64,000 nt of DNA from a virus. This document shows, one piece after another, positions 1 to 10,997 of this stretch. The translations under genes were made by a program, and so were the position numbers. Each line of letters starts with the position of its first letter. Positions within the stretch are counted from its first letter, which is position 1. The DNA is taken from the IMG/VR virus record IMGVR_UViG_3300042402_004372; one strand, written 5' to 3'. The notes beneath the pieces are model-generated. The model ran no database searches. It was not told the DNA's origin and saw only the letters and a program-made list of their open reading frames with translations.

Positions 1-2
1 AG

Positions 3-1919
3 TCTAGAGGAGTTTCAGGAGCAGGATTTCAGGAACTTGATAATACTGCAACGGTACAAGACGCTTTTAGATTTGCCTTGAATGAAGCTAGAGAAGGAAA
101 AGCTGAAAGAATAAATTTAGGAAACGGTAACTCGATTTTAGCAAATCGAGGAAGTCTGGCTTTATCTAATATTGGAATAACTGAGATAGAAGCAACAGAG
201 CTTGATCAAATGGTGTATGCCAGGAGAGCCCTTAAAAATCTTGGAACACCTAGATCATTATCAACAAATGTGACTGGTCTATCTCAGGCAATGGGTACCA
301 CAAGTGAACATTATGGACTAAGAAGTGGCGGATACGCTCCAGCAATTGTTGGATCAAAAACCGCTGAGTATTCACAAGCTTTAATCGATAGAGGTTTACC
401 TTATGCTACTTATGATGTTAGAAGTAGAATACTAGCTTCAGCAGAAGCTAAAGCTACATCAAAAATAGGTGAAAAATTAATAGATAAAGTTTCAAGAGCT
501 GGAACCAATGCCTATAGTCCTTTGGCTGGAAAAGATCTAGGTAAGTTATCCGACATTGGTATACAATTTACAATGGCTCAAGGTAAAGAAAGTATTTTTG
601 ATATACAAAGAAGAACAAAAACGGGCACTTATGCTATAGAAGAAAATTCATATTTTAGAACCCCAGTTACCGGTACTGCCAAAAAATCAGCCAGAGTTAT
701 CGTCAATGCAGACGACCTTGCTAATCTCACAATAAGACAGTTTGACGATGCAGGAAATGTTATGGGTGATGGTATTAAATTCGGAAGTAAGGAATTTTTA
801 GAAAACGCAGATTTAAATAGATTTATAGATTCAAAAGTTCAAGCAGCAGACTCACAATTAGAAGACACTATAAACAGAGCTTTTGTTCCTAAGAATTTAG
901 GTAAAGAAACTACTGATGATTTAGCTGAACAAGTTTTAGCTGGAAATATTAGAGCTTACAATAAACTTAAATCAACGCCAGGTTCTTTTATTAACACTCA
1001 AATGCAAGATGAAGCAAGAACTTTAGCTAGAAATATTTTTGGTGAAAAAAACTTAACTTCAGTTAATCTAACAGAAAGAATGCAGCAATTATCCGAAGTT
1101 GCAAAACTTACAACCCGAGAAGCTAGAGAAGAAAAATTAATTGAGTATGCAGGCAAAGCAGACCCAAATGTTGTTATTGCAAATTATAGAGCTACCGTTG
1201 GAACGATAGCAGAAGAAATAAGTCAAACAGGCATCATAGGAATGAAAATAACAGGAGATGCCGCAGTAGAAACCATAAATCAAGCAAGATTAGCTCAAGG
1301 TATTTCTGGCGTAGGGGATACTGACGTGGCATTAAAGGGTAGGGTTCATAGACTCATTGATATATTCAAAACTGAAAAAGACGGTGTAATCGGTTTTGCA
1401 ACGTCTGGATCAGTAACTGAAGATATGGATACAGCAGCAAGAGCTCTTGTAGGTGAAACAGTAGATCCCGGTATAGCAAGAGCTATGGAAGACGCCGCTG
1501 CAAAAACAGCTCTTATTAATTCTGGATCACTTGTAGAGTCTATTAATCCAACACTACCAGGCCTTAGTGAAGGTGAACAGATTGCTACCGATGCAATAGC
1601 ATTAGGCAGAAGAGTATATGAATCCAATAAAGGAAAGTTTGCATTAGGCGCTTTAGCCTTAGCTGGAGCCGTTACTGGATATAAAATGGCCAAAAGAGGA
1701 AACGAAAATGATCTTTATGACGCTACTATGGGACCAGCACCAGTTGAACAAGGGCAAAGGCCTTATGGTATACAAGAAGCATTAATGGGTAATGGTCAGA
1801 CTTCAAGAAGAAGAGATCCATTATTCACAGCTGGTGTTGTAGGAAATTTAGATAGACAAAAAATAGGTCATACATCAATGGGTTCTAATAAAAATAATCA
1901 TTTATTTGGAGATAGATAA
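3..1919 (+). CDS. Putative virion-associated protein, 5' end outside window
   Basis: Frame is open from the first bases (…SRGVSGAGFQELDNTATVQDAFRFALNEAREG…), so the track start at 78 is internal. Hydrophobic Ala/Gly segment near the C-terminus (GALALAGAVTGYKM), then a Gly/Pro/Gln-rich tail, as in the 54873-61046 product. Confidence 0.6.
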   Translation, partial: SRGVSGAGFQELDNTATVQDAFRFALNEAREGKAERINLGNGNSILANRGSLALSNIGITEIEATELDQMVYARRALKNLGTPRSLSTNVTGLSQAMGTTSEHYGLRSGGYAPAIVGSKTAEYSQALIDRGLPYATYDVRSRILASAEAKATSKIGEKLIDKVSRAGTNAYSPLAGKDLGKLSDIGIQFTMAQGKESIFDIQRRTKTGTYAIEENSYFRTPVTGTAKKSARVIVNADDLANLTIRQFDDAGNVMGDGIKFGSKEFLENADLNRFIDSKVQAADSQLEDTINRAFVPKNLGKETTDDLAEQVLAGNIRAYNKLKSTPGSFINTQMQDEARTLARNIFGEKNLTSVNLTERMQQLSEVAKLTTREAREEKLIEYAGKADPNVVIANYRATVGTIAEEISQTGIIGMKITGDAAVETINQARLAQGISGVGDTDVALKGRVHRLIDIFKTEKDGVIGFATSGSVTEDMDTAARALVGETVDPGIARAMEDAAAKTALINSGSLVESINPTLPGLSEGEQIATDAIALGRRVYESNKGKFALGALALAGAVTGYKMAKRGNENDLYDATMGPAPVEQGQRPYGIQEALMGNGQTSRRRDPLFTAGVVGNLDRQKIGHTSMGSNKNNHLFGDR

Positions 1920-2489
1920 ATGGCACTTCTATCAAGCATAGGTAAATCTATATATAAAGGAGCTACCACTAAAACTGGAGCAGGCCTTATTATAGGAGGC
2001 GCTGCTATGGCGGGGCTTGCAAAAAATGCTGCACCAGCAGCAAGAGATGCTGCTATGGATGTTGCTTTTGGTGATCCTAATGCGGATGAAACTTTTCTCG
2101 GAAGAAAGCTAACGCCTGGTGCAGTCTTCGATGCAGCAATTCCAGGTTCTAGTACAGGTAGGAACACAATGGCCGCTATGGGCCTAGGAGCAACGCTGGG
2201 AGGCGTTGTTGGTGGCATGGCTAAAGGTTTTAAGGGTGGAGTTTTGGGAGCAGCATTTGGAGCAACAGCTGGATTAGCAGGAAGTGCTGCAATGGGAGTT
2301 GGTTATATAAATAGAAATGAAAGATTCATAAATGAATCACCGTATGTTGGGACTAGAAGATTAAACAGAGACATGACTTATGGTGGAAAACTTTATGGTC
2401 AAAGAAACACTTCATCGCAAACCGCGCAAGAACTTAACGCAGACGGAAACATAGTACTCGGCTTACATAATTTAAGAAGGGGCGGTTAA
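1920..2489 (+). CDS. Hypothetical Gly/Ala-rich protein, possibly membrane-active or virion
   Basis: Intact ORF abutting its neighbours; several Gly/Ala hydrophobic stretches. Confidence 0.6.
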   Translation: MALLSSIGKSIYKGATTKTGAGLIIGGAAMAGLAKNAAPAARDAAMDVAFGDPNADETFLGRKLTPGAVFDAAIPGSSTGRNTMAAMGLGATLGGVVGGMAKGFKGGVLGAAFGATAGLAGSAAMGVGYINRNERFINESPYVGTRRLNRDMTYGGKLYGQRNTSSQTAQELNADGNIVLGLHNLRRGG

Positions 2490-2491
2490 CC

Positions 2492-4106
2492 ATGAGTGAT
2501 ATGAGTGGAATGACTGACGAAGCTCCTCAGATTCCAGGAATGATGGGTAAAGGTTTAGGCGCCCTTGAAGCAACAGCGGGAATACAAAATCCACTGTTGT
2601 TATTTGGCTATGGTGGATACAGAGCTCAAAATACAATTCTTAAAGGTGGTTTTTTAGATAATAAAGGAGGACGTGGATTAGCAGCTAGGTCTAGAGCAAA
2701 GTTTAGACCTTTCATAGGAAACGCATTAGATCCACTTGGTCCACAAGGCGCAAGTCAATTTGTTGGCGGAACAAGACTCAAGCCAACAATGCAGAGTTTA
2801 AAACAAGGACGAATCTTTACACCCACCAGAAGAGGAGAGCGTTTAGCAAAAGGTCGGAAGAGCTGCAGCTAGATCTGGTGTAGATGATTTAAATAAAGTA
2901 GGGTCTAACTTTAAAAGATTTAGAAGAGGAAATCTAACTGCAAACCCTAGAGCATTCTTTAGGGATCCAAACCTTTCTCGATTTGGCGCTGGATATAATA
3001 AAGGATTTATGGCACCTAATGCCGGTGGAGCATTAGCTTCATTAGGTAACATGATAACTAGAACTTCAAAGGAAGCAACACCAGCATTTAGTGGTGGAAT
3101 CATTGGAAGAATGGGAGCTATAACTAAACTAGAAAGAAGAGCCGCAAGAAACGCAAGCAGTAAGGCTGTTCTACGTGGAGATTTAAATCTAGCGAGAATA
3201 TCCAAGATGAACGGCAAAGGTTTGATGGCCAATGTAACTAGAACTGGTGTTATAACTCAAAATATTAGTCCTTTTGCAGGAACAGCATACTCTAGTATAG
3301 TTGCTCCGACAACAGTGAGAACAGGTAGTGCTATATCAATAGCATCAACTCCATTAGCAGGATTAGTATCCAAAGGAGGAAAAGAAGCTCTTACAGTTGG
3401 TGAGCGCAGATACATGACAATGATGGGTGTTAATGCTACAAAATCAAGAAACTTTATGAACGCAATATTAACACCTGGTGGTGGAGCAGAAATGCGAACT
3501 GCAATGGGAACAGCTGGAACAAAAGCTTTTGGTATAACCAATATTGCAATGACGGATGCAGCTGAAAAAATGATCAGACCTTTAGCTGGAGCTCTAGGAA
3601 AAGATGCAAGACTACTTAATACAGCTTTGAATAGAGGAATTGGAACTGGTGCAGGTTTTGCATCATCAATGGCTGATGATGTCGTTAAAGCTAGAATGGG
3701 TACAATAGCTACTGAAATAGTAGACAAGGGAATAATAAAGTCACTTGGAACAAAAGGAGCTTTGTCTGCAGTTAAACACGGTGGAGCTAGAGTTGGTTTA
3801 GCTGTAGCTGGAGAAGCAGCATTAGCAGCTGTTCCTGGTCTTAATTTAATATTTGCAGCAGATATGGCCTATCAACTTGCTAAGCTTGGTGGATTGGCTG
3901 TTAAGGCTGGAATCAATTTTGGTAAAGATGGAATGAAATCAATGCAAGGTAATATGAATAGCGGAATCTTTGGAGCAGGATATAAAGATGATGAAGTTAG
4001 AGCAACCTCTAGGGCTAGAGGTGTTGCCGCAATTCAAAACAGTAGGCTAAATGCTAGATCATTGCTTGGATCAGAAGGTGCGATGATGGCTTCGCATTTC
4101 GGGTAG
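2492..4106 (+). CDS. Hypothetical virion protein, one gene with a +1 frame change at CGG 2855
   Basis: ORF 2492..2872 continues without a stop in the +1 frame (…AKG-[CGGA]-RAAARSGVDDLNKVGSNFKRFRRGNLTANPRAFFRDPNLSRFGAGYNKGFMAPNAGG…) into ORF 3009..4106. Confidence 0.8.
2855..2858 (+). promoter_or_regulatory. CGG recoding site 1 (CGGA)
   Basis: GGT CGG AAG AGC TGC AGC TAG in frame 0; +1 frame GGA AGA GCT GCA is open. Confidence 0.85.
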
Positions 4107-4114
4107 AATATACT

Positions 4115-5972
4115 ATGGACAAAACTCAGGAATTTCGTAAAAGACTAGAAGGTTTATCTAGAGACGATCTTTTAGAAATTATCAATGCTCAAGATCCAGA
4201 ATATTCAAAACAAGTAAATAGAATTGAATGGGTTTTTAAGAACAAATTAAATCACATAAATTGGGCTGATGGAACACCAGTTGAAGGCAGAGAATTTACA
4301 AATAGAGAATTAGCTTTATTGATTGACGAACCTTTTGAGGTTGATAATAATCTTTTGGACATGCGGAATATCTGCTGATCAACAAAGACAAATACATCTA
4401 TCTAAGGATCCATGTAGATGGGCAAAACATTTTCTTCAAGCAGAAACAAGAGTTTATCAAACTTTGATTTTGCGCGATCCAGCATTAAGAAAAGTATTAA
4501 GAGCAGGTCGTCGTTTAGGAAAAACTTTCAGCATGGCTATTGCTTTACTCCATTATAGTTACACCCATAAAGATGGAAGATGTCTAGTTATTGCTCCAAT
4601 GAAATCACACGTTGAATTAATTTATCAAGAAATTCTTAGATTAGCTTCTAAGAATGAAATAGTAATGAATTCAATTACAAGAAAAGTAACTAGTCCTCAG
4701 TTTATGATTCAATTTTCTAATGGCTCTACAATTAGGTTCTTCACATCTGGTATGCGCTCAGGTGGAAAGTCAGACGTAGCCCGTGGTCAAGAAGCGCACA
4801 TAATTGTATTGGACGAAATGGACTACATGCATGCAGATGACCTTGACGCGCTCTACGCGATGTTACAGAAGACCGCAGAAGATCAACCGGACAAAATACT
4901 CATTGGAGCTTCAACACCAACTGGTAGAAGAGAAAGATTCTGGGAATGGTGCAGAAGCGCTAGATTCCAAGAGTTTTGGTTTCCGTCATATTGCAACCCA
5001 TATTTTTCAAAAGAACAAGAAGATGAATTTAGAGAGCAATACTCAGAAATGGGTTATCGTCACGAAATTGAAGCAGACTGGGGCGAAGACGCAGAAGGTG
5101 TTTATCCTAGAAAGTTTATAGACAAAGCTTTTATAGATCCATCTTGGGATTATACACCTGAAATACAATCAGCTAGATCATTTTATACAATTGGGGTTGA
5201 CTGGGATAAATACGGCGCTGGAACAAACATAGTTGTATTGGAAACCTGCAATGAGAACTATGAAGATGAAAGATTTAGAAATAAAGTCAGAGTTGTGTAT
5301 AGAGAAGAAATTCCCAAGTCTGAATATACTTTAACAAATGGAGTTAATAGAATAGTTGAATTGAATGAATCTTTTCATCCAAAGCATATTTATGTTGACC
5401 GCGGATACGGAGAAGTTCAAGTTGAGCTACTTAGAAAATATGGAACGGAAAACCCAAAATCAAATCTTAGAGACAGAGTTAAAGGAATAGGTTTTGGTGA
5501 AAGTATAGAGATAAGAGATCCATATACTAAGCTTCCAATTAAAAAAGAAATTAAACCATACATGGTAGACAATCTAACTCAATACCTTGAAAGAGAAGCT
5601 ATTTTATTTCCAGCTTCAGACGAAGAACTTTACATGCAGCTAATTTCATATGTTGTTGTTAGAACCACCCAAATGGGAAGACCTATATTTGAAGCTGGTG
5701 GATCAGCCATGGATCACGCGCATGATGCTTTAATGTTAGCACTTCTTGCTATTACTCAAAATTATGGAGACTTTAGTAAATTAAAAGTGGCAAGAAATAC
5801 AGAGAGTTTTTCAAATACGTTCTTTATGCCAAAGACAAGCAGTGCATCTGATGATGGGGATAAAGAAGCGCCTGCATCTGGTATCATGGTAACTACTAAG
5901 AGAAACTCTGACTTGATGCCAGGTATCAGAAAAGGGAGACCTGCAAAACGTGTTTCTAGAAAAATGTTTTAG
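4115..5972 (+). CDS. terL: Terminase large subunit, one gene with a +1 frame change at CGG 4364
   Basis: Walker A-like GRRLGKTFSMAIALLHYS, Walker B-like HIIVLDEMDYM, nuclease region with IGVDWDKYGAGTN and DHAHDALMLALLAI. The N-terminal 83 aa lie in ORF 4115..4378 and continue past CGGA as ISADQQRQIHLSKDPCRWAKHFLQAETRVYQ. Confidence 0.9.
4364..4367 (+). promoter_or_regulatory. CGG recoding site 2 (CGGA), terminase
   Basis: ATG CGG AAT ATC TGC TGA; +1 GGA ATA TCT GCT GAT. Confidence 0.9.
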
Positions 5973-5980
5973 GTAAAAAT

Positions 5981-7600
5981 ATGTCATTAGTTAACAATAT
6001 AGACAATCAACTTTCAACAGAGCAAAAGGTAACATTAGATTATTCAACAACTGAATCATCTTCTCGTAGCTCAACTGAATCAGTTTTTGCTAAAAAGGGA
6101 CCAAATTCGATTCTTTTCCAAGCCGGAGTATCATATGGTAACGATCAGCCATATTCAGTCCCCTTACATTCTCTTAAGCAGGAAGCAAAAAATAGCCTTT
6201 CAGACTTGCTTAAATTTTTAAAAGATTTAGAAGATCTATTAAGACAAGTAAAACTAGATCCATTAAATAATCCAAACTTAGAAGAAGCACACGCCTATGT
6301 TTGGGATGAAATTAATAAAGTTGATCATCCATATCCCAAAATAGAGATAGAAGGATATGCGGGTAGCCTGAAGTATCCTAGGCCACCTTTCATATGCTTT
6401 GACCAATATCTTTATGCGGAAGGAGTTCAAACAAGAGGTTATAGAAAATTTGTAAAAGAATATGATAACTTAATATCAAATACTACATTTGGTCACATCT
6501 ACGATTTTAGAGAAATTATTAAGTACTTAGTAAACGAAACTAATTGCATCATAAGTTCATTAGGTGCAGATTTTGGAGATAACTATGAAGATGACTCACA
6601 ACAGCAAGTCGCGTCGTACTACTTATACTGGCTCAAAATGGCAATCCACTATAAGGAACTCTTTGCCCAATCAATCAAATCATCCCCAACAGGTTTGCCA
6701 GAAACCGAAGTGGATAAAACAACTAAAAAGCAAGCCGCTCAATTTCAAGCATTTTTTTCTATCAAAGTAAACTCTTTAACGAACATGATAGACAGCCAGT
6801 TAGATACCCTTCATAAAGATTTGGTAACTAACTGCAATGTATTTTACAATAAGTATTTAAGTCCATCATTAAGGTTTAAAACAAAAGTTGTTTCCGATTT
6901 TGCTCTAGATATAAGAACTACAAATATGAAAACAGAACTACCTTCTTTGTCAGAAGAAGCAGCAATAGCACTATTAGCCGCAGAGGGTAACTTTAAGTCG
7001 GTTTTAACAGACTTATTAGAAAGAAGGAATAACACATCTGCAAAAATAGATTCCTTGTATCAATCTATAGTTCAAAGAAGAAAGTACACAAGCTTTATAT
7101 CTCAGCTATCTATAAAAGCTGTAAATAGAGAAAGAATTGTTACTACCGAAACAGATTCAAATTATGCTTCTTTGCTTTCTGGTTTATTCGTAGATGAGTC
7201 TCAAATTAACTCACTAAAATCTAGTCACTCTTTATTAGATGACTTAAGCGAAGATAGTCATCCCCAGTATCTAATGAAGTCTGGCGGAGTAATAGTTGGA
7301 GATATAACAGTAGAAAATGCTGCAAAGATAGACGGAGTACAGATAGGTGAACATTCTCATTCTGGCTCAGATGGATCTAAAAGAATAAGATCTATAGACA
7401 TAGATTATGAGTCGGTAAGAAATGAAATTAATTTACAGCAAATAAATTCAGCAGCAAAAGAAGTTGTTATCAAAATTGATTCCATCACACCTGATATACT
7501 AATAGGTGGGGTTCCAGTTGCAGATGTAAATATCAGCATCGATATACCAGATGAATTTAAGGACAAATACGATTTTGAAATATTATACATAGAGTTGTGA
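5981..7600 (+). CDS. Hypothetical structural protein
   Basis: Intact 539-aa ORF between the terminase and fibre genes. Confidence 0.6.
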   Translation: MSLVNNIDNQLSTEQKVTLDYSTTESSSRSSTESVFAKKGPNSILFQAGVSYGNDQPYSVPLHSLKQEAKNSLSDLLKFLKDLEDLLRQVKLDPLNNPNLEEAHAYVWDEINKVDHPYPKIEIEGYAGSLKYPRPPFICFDQYLYAEGVQTRGYRKFVKEYDNLISNTTFGHIYDFREIIKYLVNETNCIISSLGADFGDNYEDDSQQQVASYYLYWLKMAIHYKELFAQSIKSSPTGLPETEVDKTTKKQAAQFQAFFSIKVNSLTNMIDSQLDTLHKDLVTNCNVFYNKYLSPSLRFKTKVVSDFALDIRTTNMKTELPSLSEEAAIALLAAEGNFKSVLTDLLERRNNTSAKIDSLYQSIVQRRKYTSFISQLSIKAVNRERIVTTETDSNYASLLSGLFVDESQINSLKSSHSLLDDLSEDSHPQYLMKSGGVIVGDITVENAAKIDGVQIGEHSHSGSDGSKRIRSIDIDYESVRNEINLQQINSAAKEVVIKIDSITPDILIGGVPVADVNISIDIPDEFKDKYDFEILYIEL

Positions 7601-7601
7601 C

Positions 7602-8595
7602 ATGAGCTGGTTTAAATATTTAGACAATACAAGCAATCTTGCAAGTCCTCAACAAAAGGTTTATAACATTCCACCTTTAAAAAGACGGAATAGTAATAGA
7701 TCAATTAAAGGACTATATAACTGCTAATGATTGGCTATTTGCAGACATTGGAAATAATGAATTAAACTATGTATATAATTCGAGTCTTCTTAAGGTTGAG
7801 CAAGATCATTCATATTTAGTGGTTTATGAAAATTCTAATGTTTCAACATTAGAGGCTTCAACTCCTGTGGTTACTAGAATTGTTGACGGTATAATGTATT
7901 TTAAGGCCGCAAAGAATCACGAAGCAAATAGTCTTCCAGATGGAACCTATAGCGTTTACTATGGATCAGACTATATAAAGTATATTCATGCAACTCCAGT
8001 TACATCAAATTCAGTAACATCTTATGAATACGTAGAATATCCAAATACTGTTATTAATTCACTTGAAGCAAGTCCAGGCTACAGTCCTTACTATAGCGCA
8101 ACTCCACCGAGTATTGATTTGTACGACACTGAGATTAATAAAAACTCTATTGGATATTATAGATTGGCATACTTTAACGATGGAACAGATTGGGTCAATA
8201 ACCTGTCAACAAAAGTTGGATCTAAGATAGTCGGAACTTTTAGTGGACCAAACATTAAAATAACTGGTGCAGTTGGTCCAGGATATGGTAAATGTAAAGT
8301 TAGAATAACTACAAAATATGAATCTTCAGAAGAAACTGAAAATATAGTTTTGGATTGGTATGAAATTGATTGTTATTCAACTGAGGAAAAAGAATCAATA
8401 ATTTTTCAAAAAAATGATTTAGAATATCTTGACTATACTTTAGAAATTGAAACTTTATCAGATAAAAATATTTTATCAGGCAATAATCAAATTTACGTAA
8501 GTAAAATAAGTTTTTTAAGAAACTTTTATTTTTCTTTAGATGATCAAGAAATAAATCCAGATTTAACCTTCAAATCAATAGGAGGCTTAAGGTAA
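7602..8595 (+). CDS. Hypothetical protein, one gene with a +1 frame change at CGG 7686
   Basis: MSWFKYLDNTSNLASPQQKVYNIPPLKR-[CGGA]-IVIDQLKDYITANDWLFADIGNNELNYVYNSSLLKVEQDHSYLVVYENS… joins the short 5' ORF to ORF 7819..8595. Confidence 0.8.
7686..7689 (+). promoter_or_regulatory. CGG recoding site 3 (CGGA)
   Basis: AGA CGG AAT AGT …TGC TAA; +1 GGA ATA GTA ATA GAT. Confidence 0.85.
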
Positions 8596-10533
8596 TGGCC
8601 ACAATCAAAAAAACGATACAAAATTTAAAACCTGGAAAACAATATCTTTTAACAGTTAAACCAAAAGATGTAGAATTAAATGTTCTATTAGATCCAGCTT
8701 CAGCTGTTAGATTTACTGTTCCAGCTGACCTTACTCAGCCGGCAGAACTTGGTGATTTAACAATAGTCGGCAACTACAAGTCGATAATGATTAGCTTTAA
8801 TCCCTCTAATGAATCAGACTTAAGAGGATACAACTATGAGGTTTATCTTCCTGAAGACATTAGTCAAAGTGGTTCAACTTATGTTATTAATTCTGGAGCA
8901 ACTCCATATCTTTCTGGCTTTTCCTCCTCAAACGTTGTAGCTGTTGATGTTCCGCAAAACTCTGAAACAACAAATCAGGTAAATGCAAATACTGGAGTCA
9001 CGACTGTAGTGACAACAGAAAAGCTTTACTTTGCCAGAGTTCAATCAATAGATACATCTAGCAATAAATCTGCATGGACACCAATTGTGGCATCAACTGC
9101 TACAACACTTATAGATTCTGCGCACATTATAGATCTTACTGCATCTAAGATTACAGCTGGAACAATCGGCGCACATACTATTACAATGGCTGGCGCAACT
9201 TCAATTATTAAATCTTCTACCTTTAATGGAGTTGATGTTGGGGGCGGAAGCTATGCAAATGCTACAACAGGTTGGTTAATCAACGGTAGCGGTAGAGCAT
9301 ATTTCTACGATGCAACAATAGCAGGAAGTATTGACATTGGTGGATTTGACTCTGGATCTTTTCACGTTGATAGTGATGGAAATCTTTGGTTGGGTTCTGG
9401 AACCTTAGTTGGTGCTCCGTTCAAGGTTCTAAAAGAAGGTGATGTTACAGCCAATACAATAACCACTAAAAATTTAACGTTAACTGGTAATACAGTGATA
9501 GCAAGTAATTCAAAAATTTTTCTTGGAACAGGCGTTTACAATAATACTAATACTCCATTTTATGTAGATGATGACTCTCAATTTTCCTTAGGTAATAAAT
9601 TAACTTGGGATGGCTCAACACTTACAGTAAGTGGTAATGTCAACATTACCGGAGGCAACACTCTTACACTTATTAATGAAGCGAAGTCAGATGCAGATAC
9701 AGCACTTAGTACTGCAATTAGCGCTGGAGAGATAGCTTTAGAAGCTAAAGGTACCGCAGAGGATGCTGCTTATGAGGCTTCAATAAGAATAAGACCTGGT
9801 GAGTTAGAAGCAAGAATAGGCGATAGTGTAACAACTATTAGTGGTGGAAAAATTGCAACCGGTTCTTTGGCCGCTGAAACAATTTCTGGTGGAACAATTA
9901 CAGCATCTATTGGCATTAATTCTCCAACAATTAGTGGTGGATCACTTAACATAGATGGATATTATGATACCCGGTTATTGTTCTTTTGGTTCATCTGGTT
10001 TTTCAAGAGTCAATGGTATTGGATTTGTGAATCCAAGTAGCTCAGGTTGGGACACTAATTTTTATCCCTTTACAGCCGGTGCAAGAAATTGTGGAACGGC
10101 AAGTTATTATTGGAATAACGTTAATTATAGTGGTAGTTTAGTAAAGATATCAGATCGTCGAATAAAAGATTCTATAGAAGATACTCCAAGTGTTTTAGGT
10201 TTAATTAATACTTTAAAACCAAGAGTTTATCTGATGAAAAATTCTTCTGGTGATAGTAAAGTGGTTTCAGTTGACCAAGAAACTAACCAGTCGGAATATG
10301 AGCCAGTAGGGCCCGGAAAAAGAAAACATTTTGGTTTGGTAGCGCAGGAAGTAAAAGAAGCATTTGAGCAATCTGGATTTCCAACAGATGAATATAGCGG
10401 TTGGGCAATTGCCGATAAAGAAGATTCCAATTCTCAGCAAGCTATAAATTTAGATGAATTTATTGGAATTTTAATTAAAGCTGTTCAAGAGCTTTCGGCT
10501 AAAGTTAATGAACTTGAGTCTAGACTTAGTTAG
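8595..10533 (+). CDS. Tail fibre protein with C-terminal S74-type intramolecular chaperone domain, +1 frame change at CGG 9972
   Basis: Fibre-like beta-rich repeats in ORF 8595..10040. The downstream frame has the endosialidase-chaperone signature SDRRIKDSIEDTPSVLGLINTLKPRVYLMK…HFGLVAQEVKEAFEQSGF. Confidence 0.88.
9972..9975 (+). promoter_or_regulatory. CGG recoding site 4 (CGGT), S74 tail fibre
   Basis: ACC CGG TTA TTG; +1 GGT TAT TGT TCT. Confidence 0.9.
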
Positions 10534-10548
10534 TGGTATAATAACAAA

Positions 10549-10755
10549 ATGTCTAGAATAAGCAAGCAAGAGGAACAGGAAACTGCTATAATGGAAACTT
10601 CTCAATCAGATATTAATGATTCTAATTTAGATGTTAATTTAGTTATAGCTGTTTTTCAAGAAAAACTTAGCAGCTTAATGACTGATTTAGTTATAAAAGA
10701 AGCAACAATTAAACAACAATCAATTATTATTCAAAGATTAAAAGGACAAATGTAA
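10549..10755 (+). CDS. Small hypothetical protein
   Basis: Intact short ORF in a tightly packed operon. Confidence 0.45.
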   Translation: MSRISKQEEQETAIMETSQSDINDSNLDVNLVIAVFQEKLSSLMTDLVIKEATIKQQSIIIQRLKGQM

Positions 10756-10756
10756 A

Positions 10757-10939
10757 ATGAGTGATACACCAGAAGTAGAAGTAAAAACAGAATTTGTAGT
10801 TGAAATTAAGATCAGTGACAAGAACCTATCTTACAAGAGCGACTTTACAGAAGCTGAAACAGTTTTCTGGCTTGAGGCTGTAAAAGATCTTATTATCAAG
10901 AAGACCTTTGAAGCCGCAGGAATATTAGAAAAACAATAA
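10757..10939 (+). CDS. Small hypothetical protein
   Basis: Intact short ORF 2 nt after the previous one. Confidence 0.45.
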   Translation: MSDTPEVEVKTEFVVEIKISDKNLSYKSDFTEAETVFWLEAVKDLIIKKTFEAAGILEKQ

Positions 10940-10997
10940 ATTACAGCCTAGACAAATTGAGTCTACTATTAGATATAGGCTTAAATAAGGACGTACC

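Noticed and set aside
4323-4364. Start of terminase at ATG 4323 in the ORF track
   Set aside because: This segment (MTNLLRLIIIFWTC) is the out-of-frame reading of …DEPFEVDNNLLDM and is explained by the join at CGG 4364.
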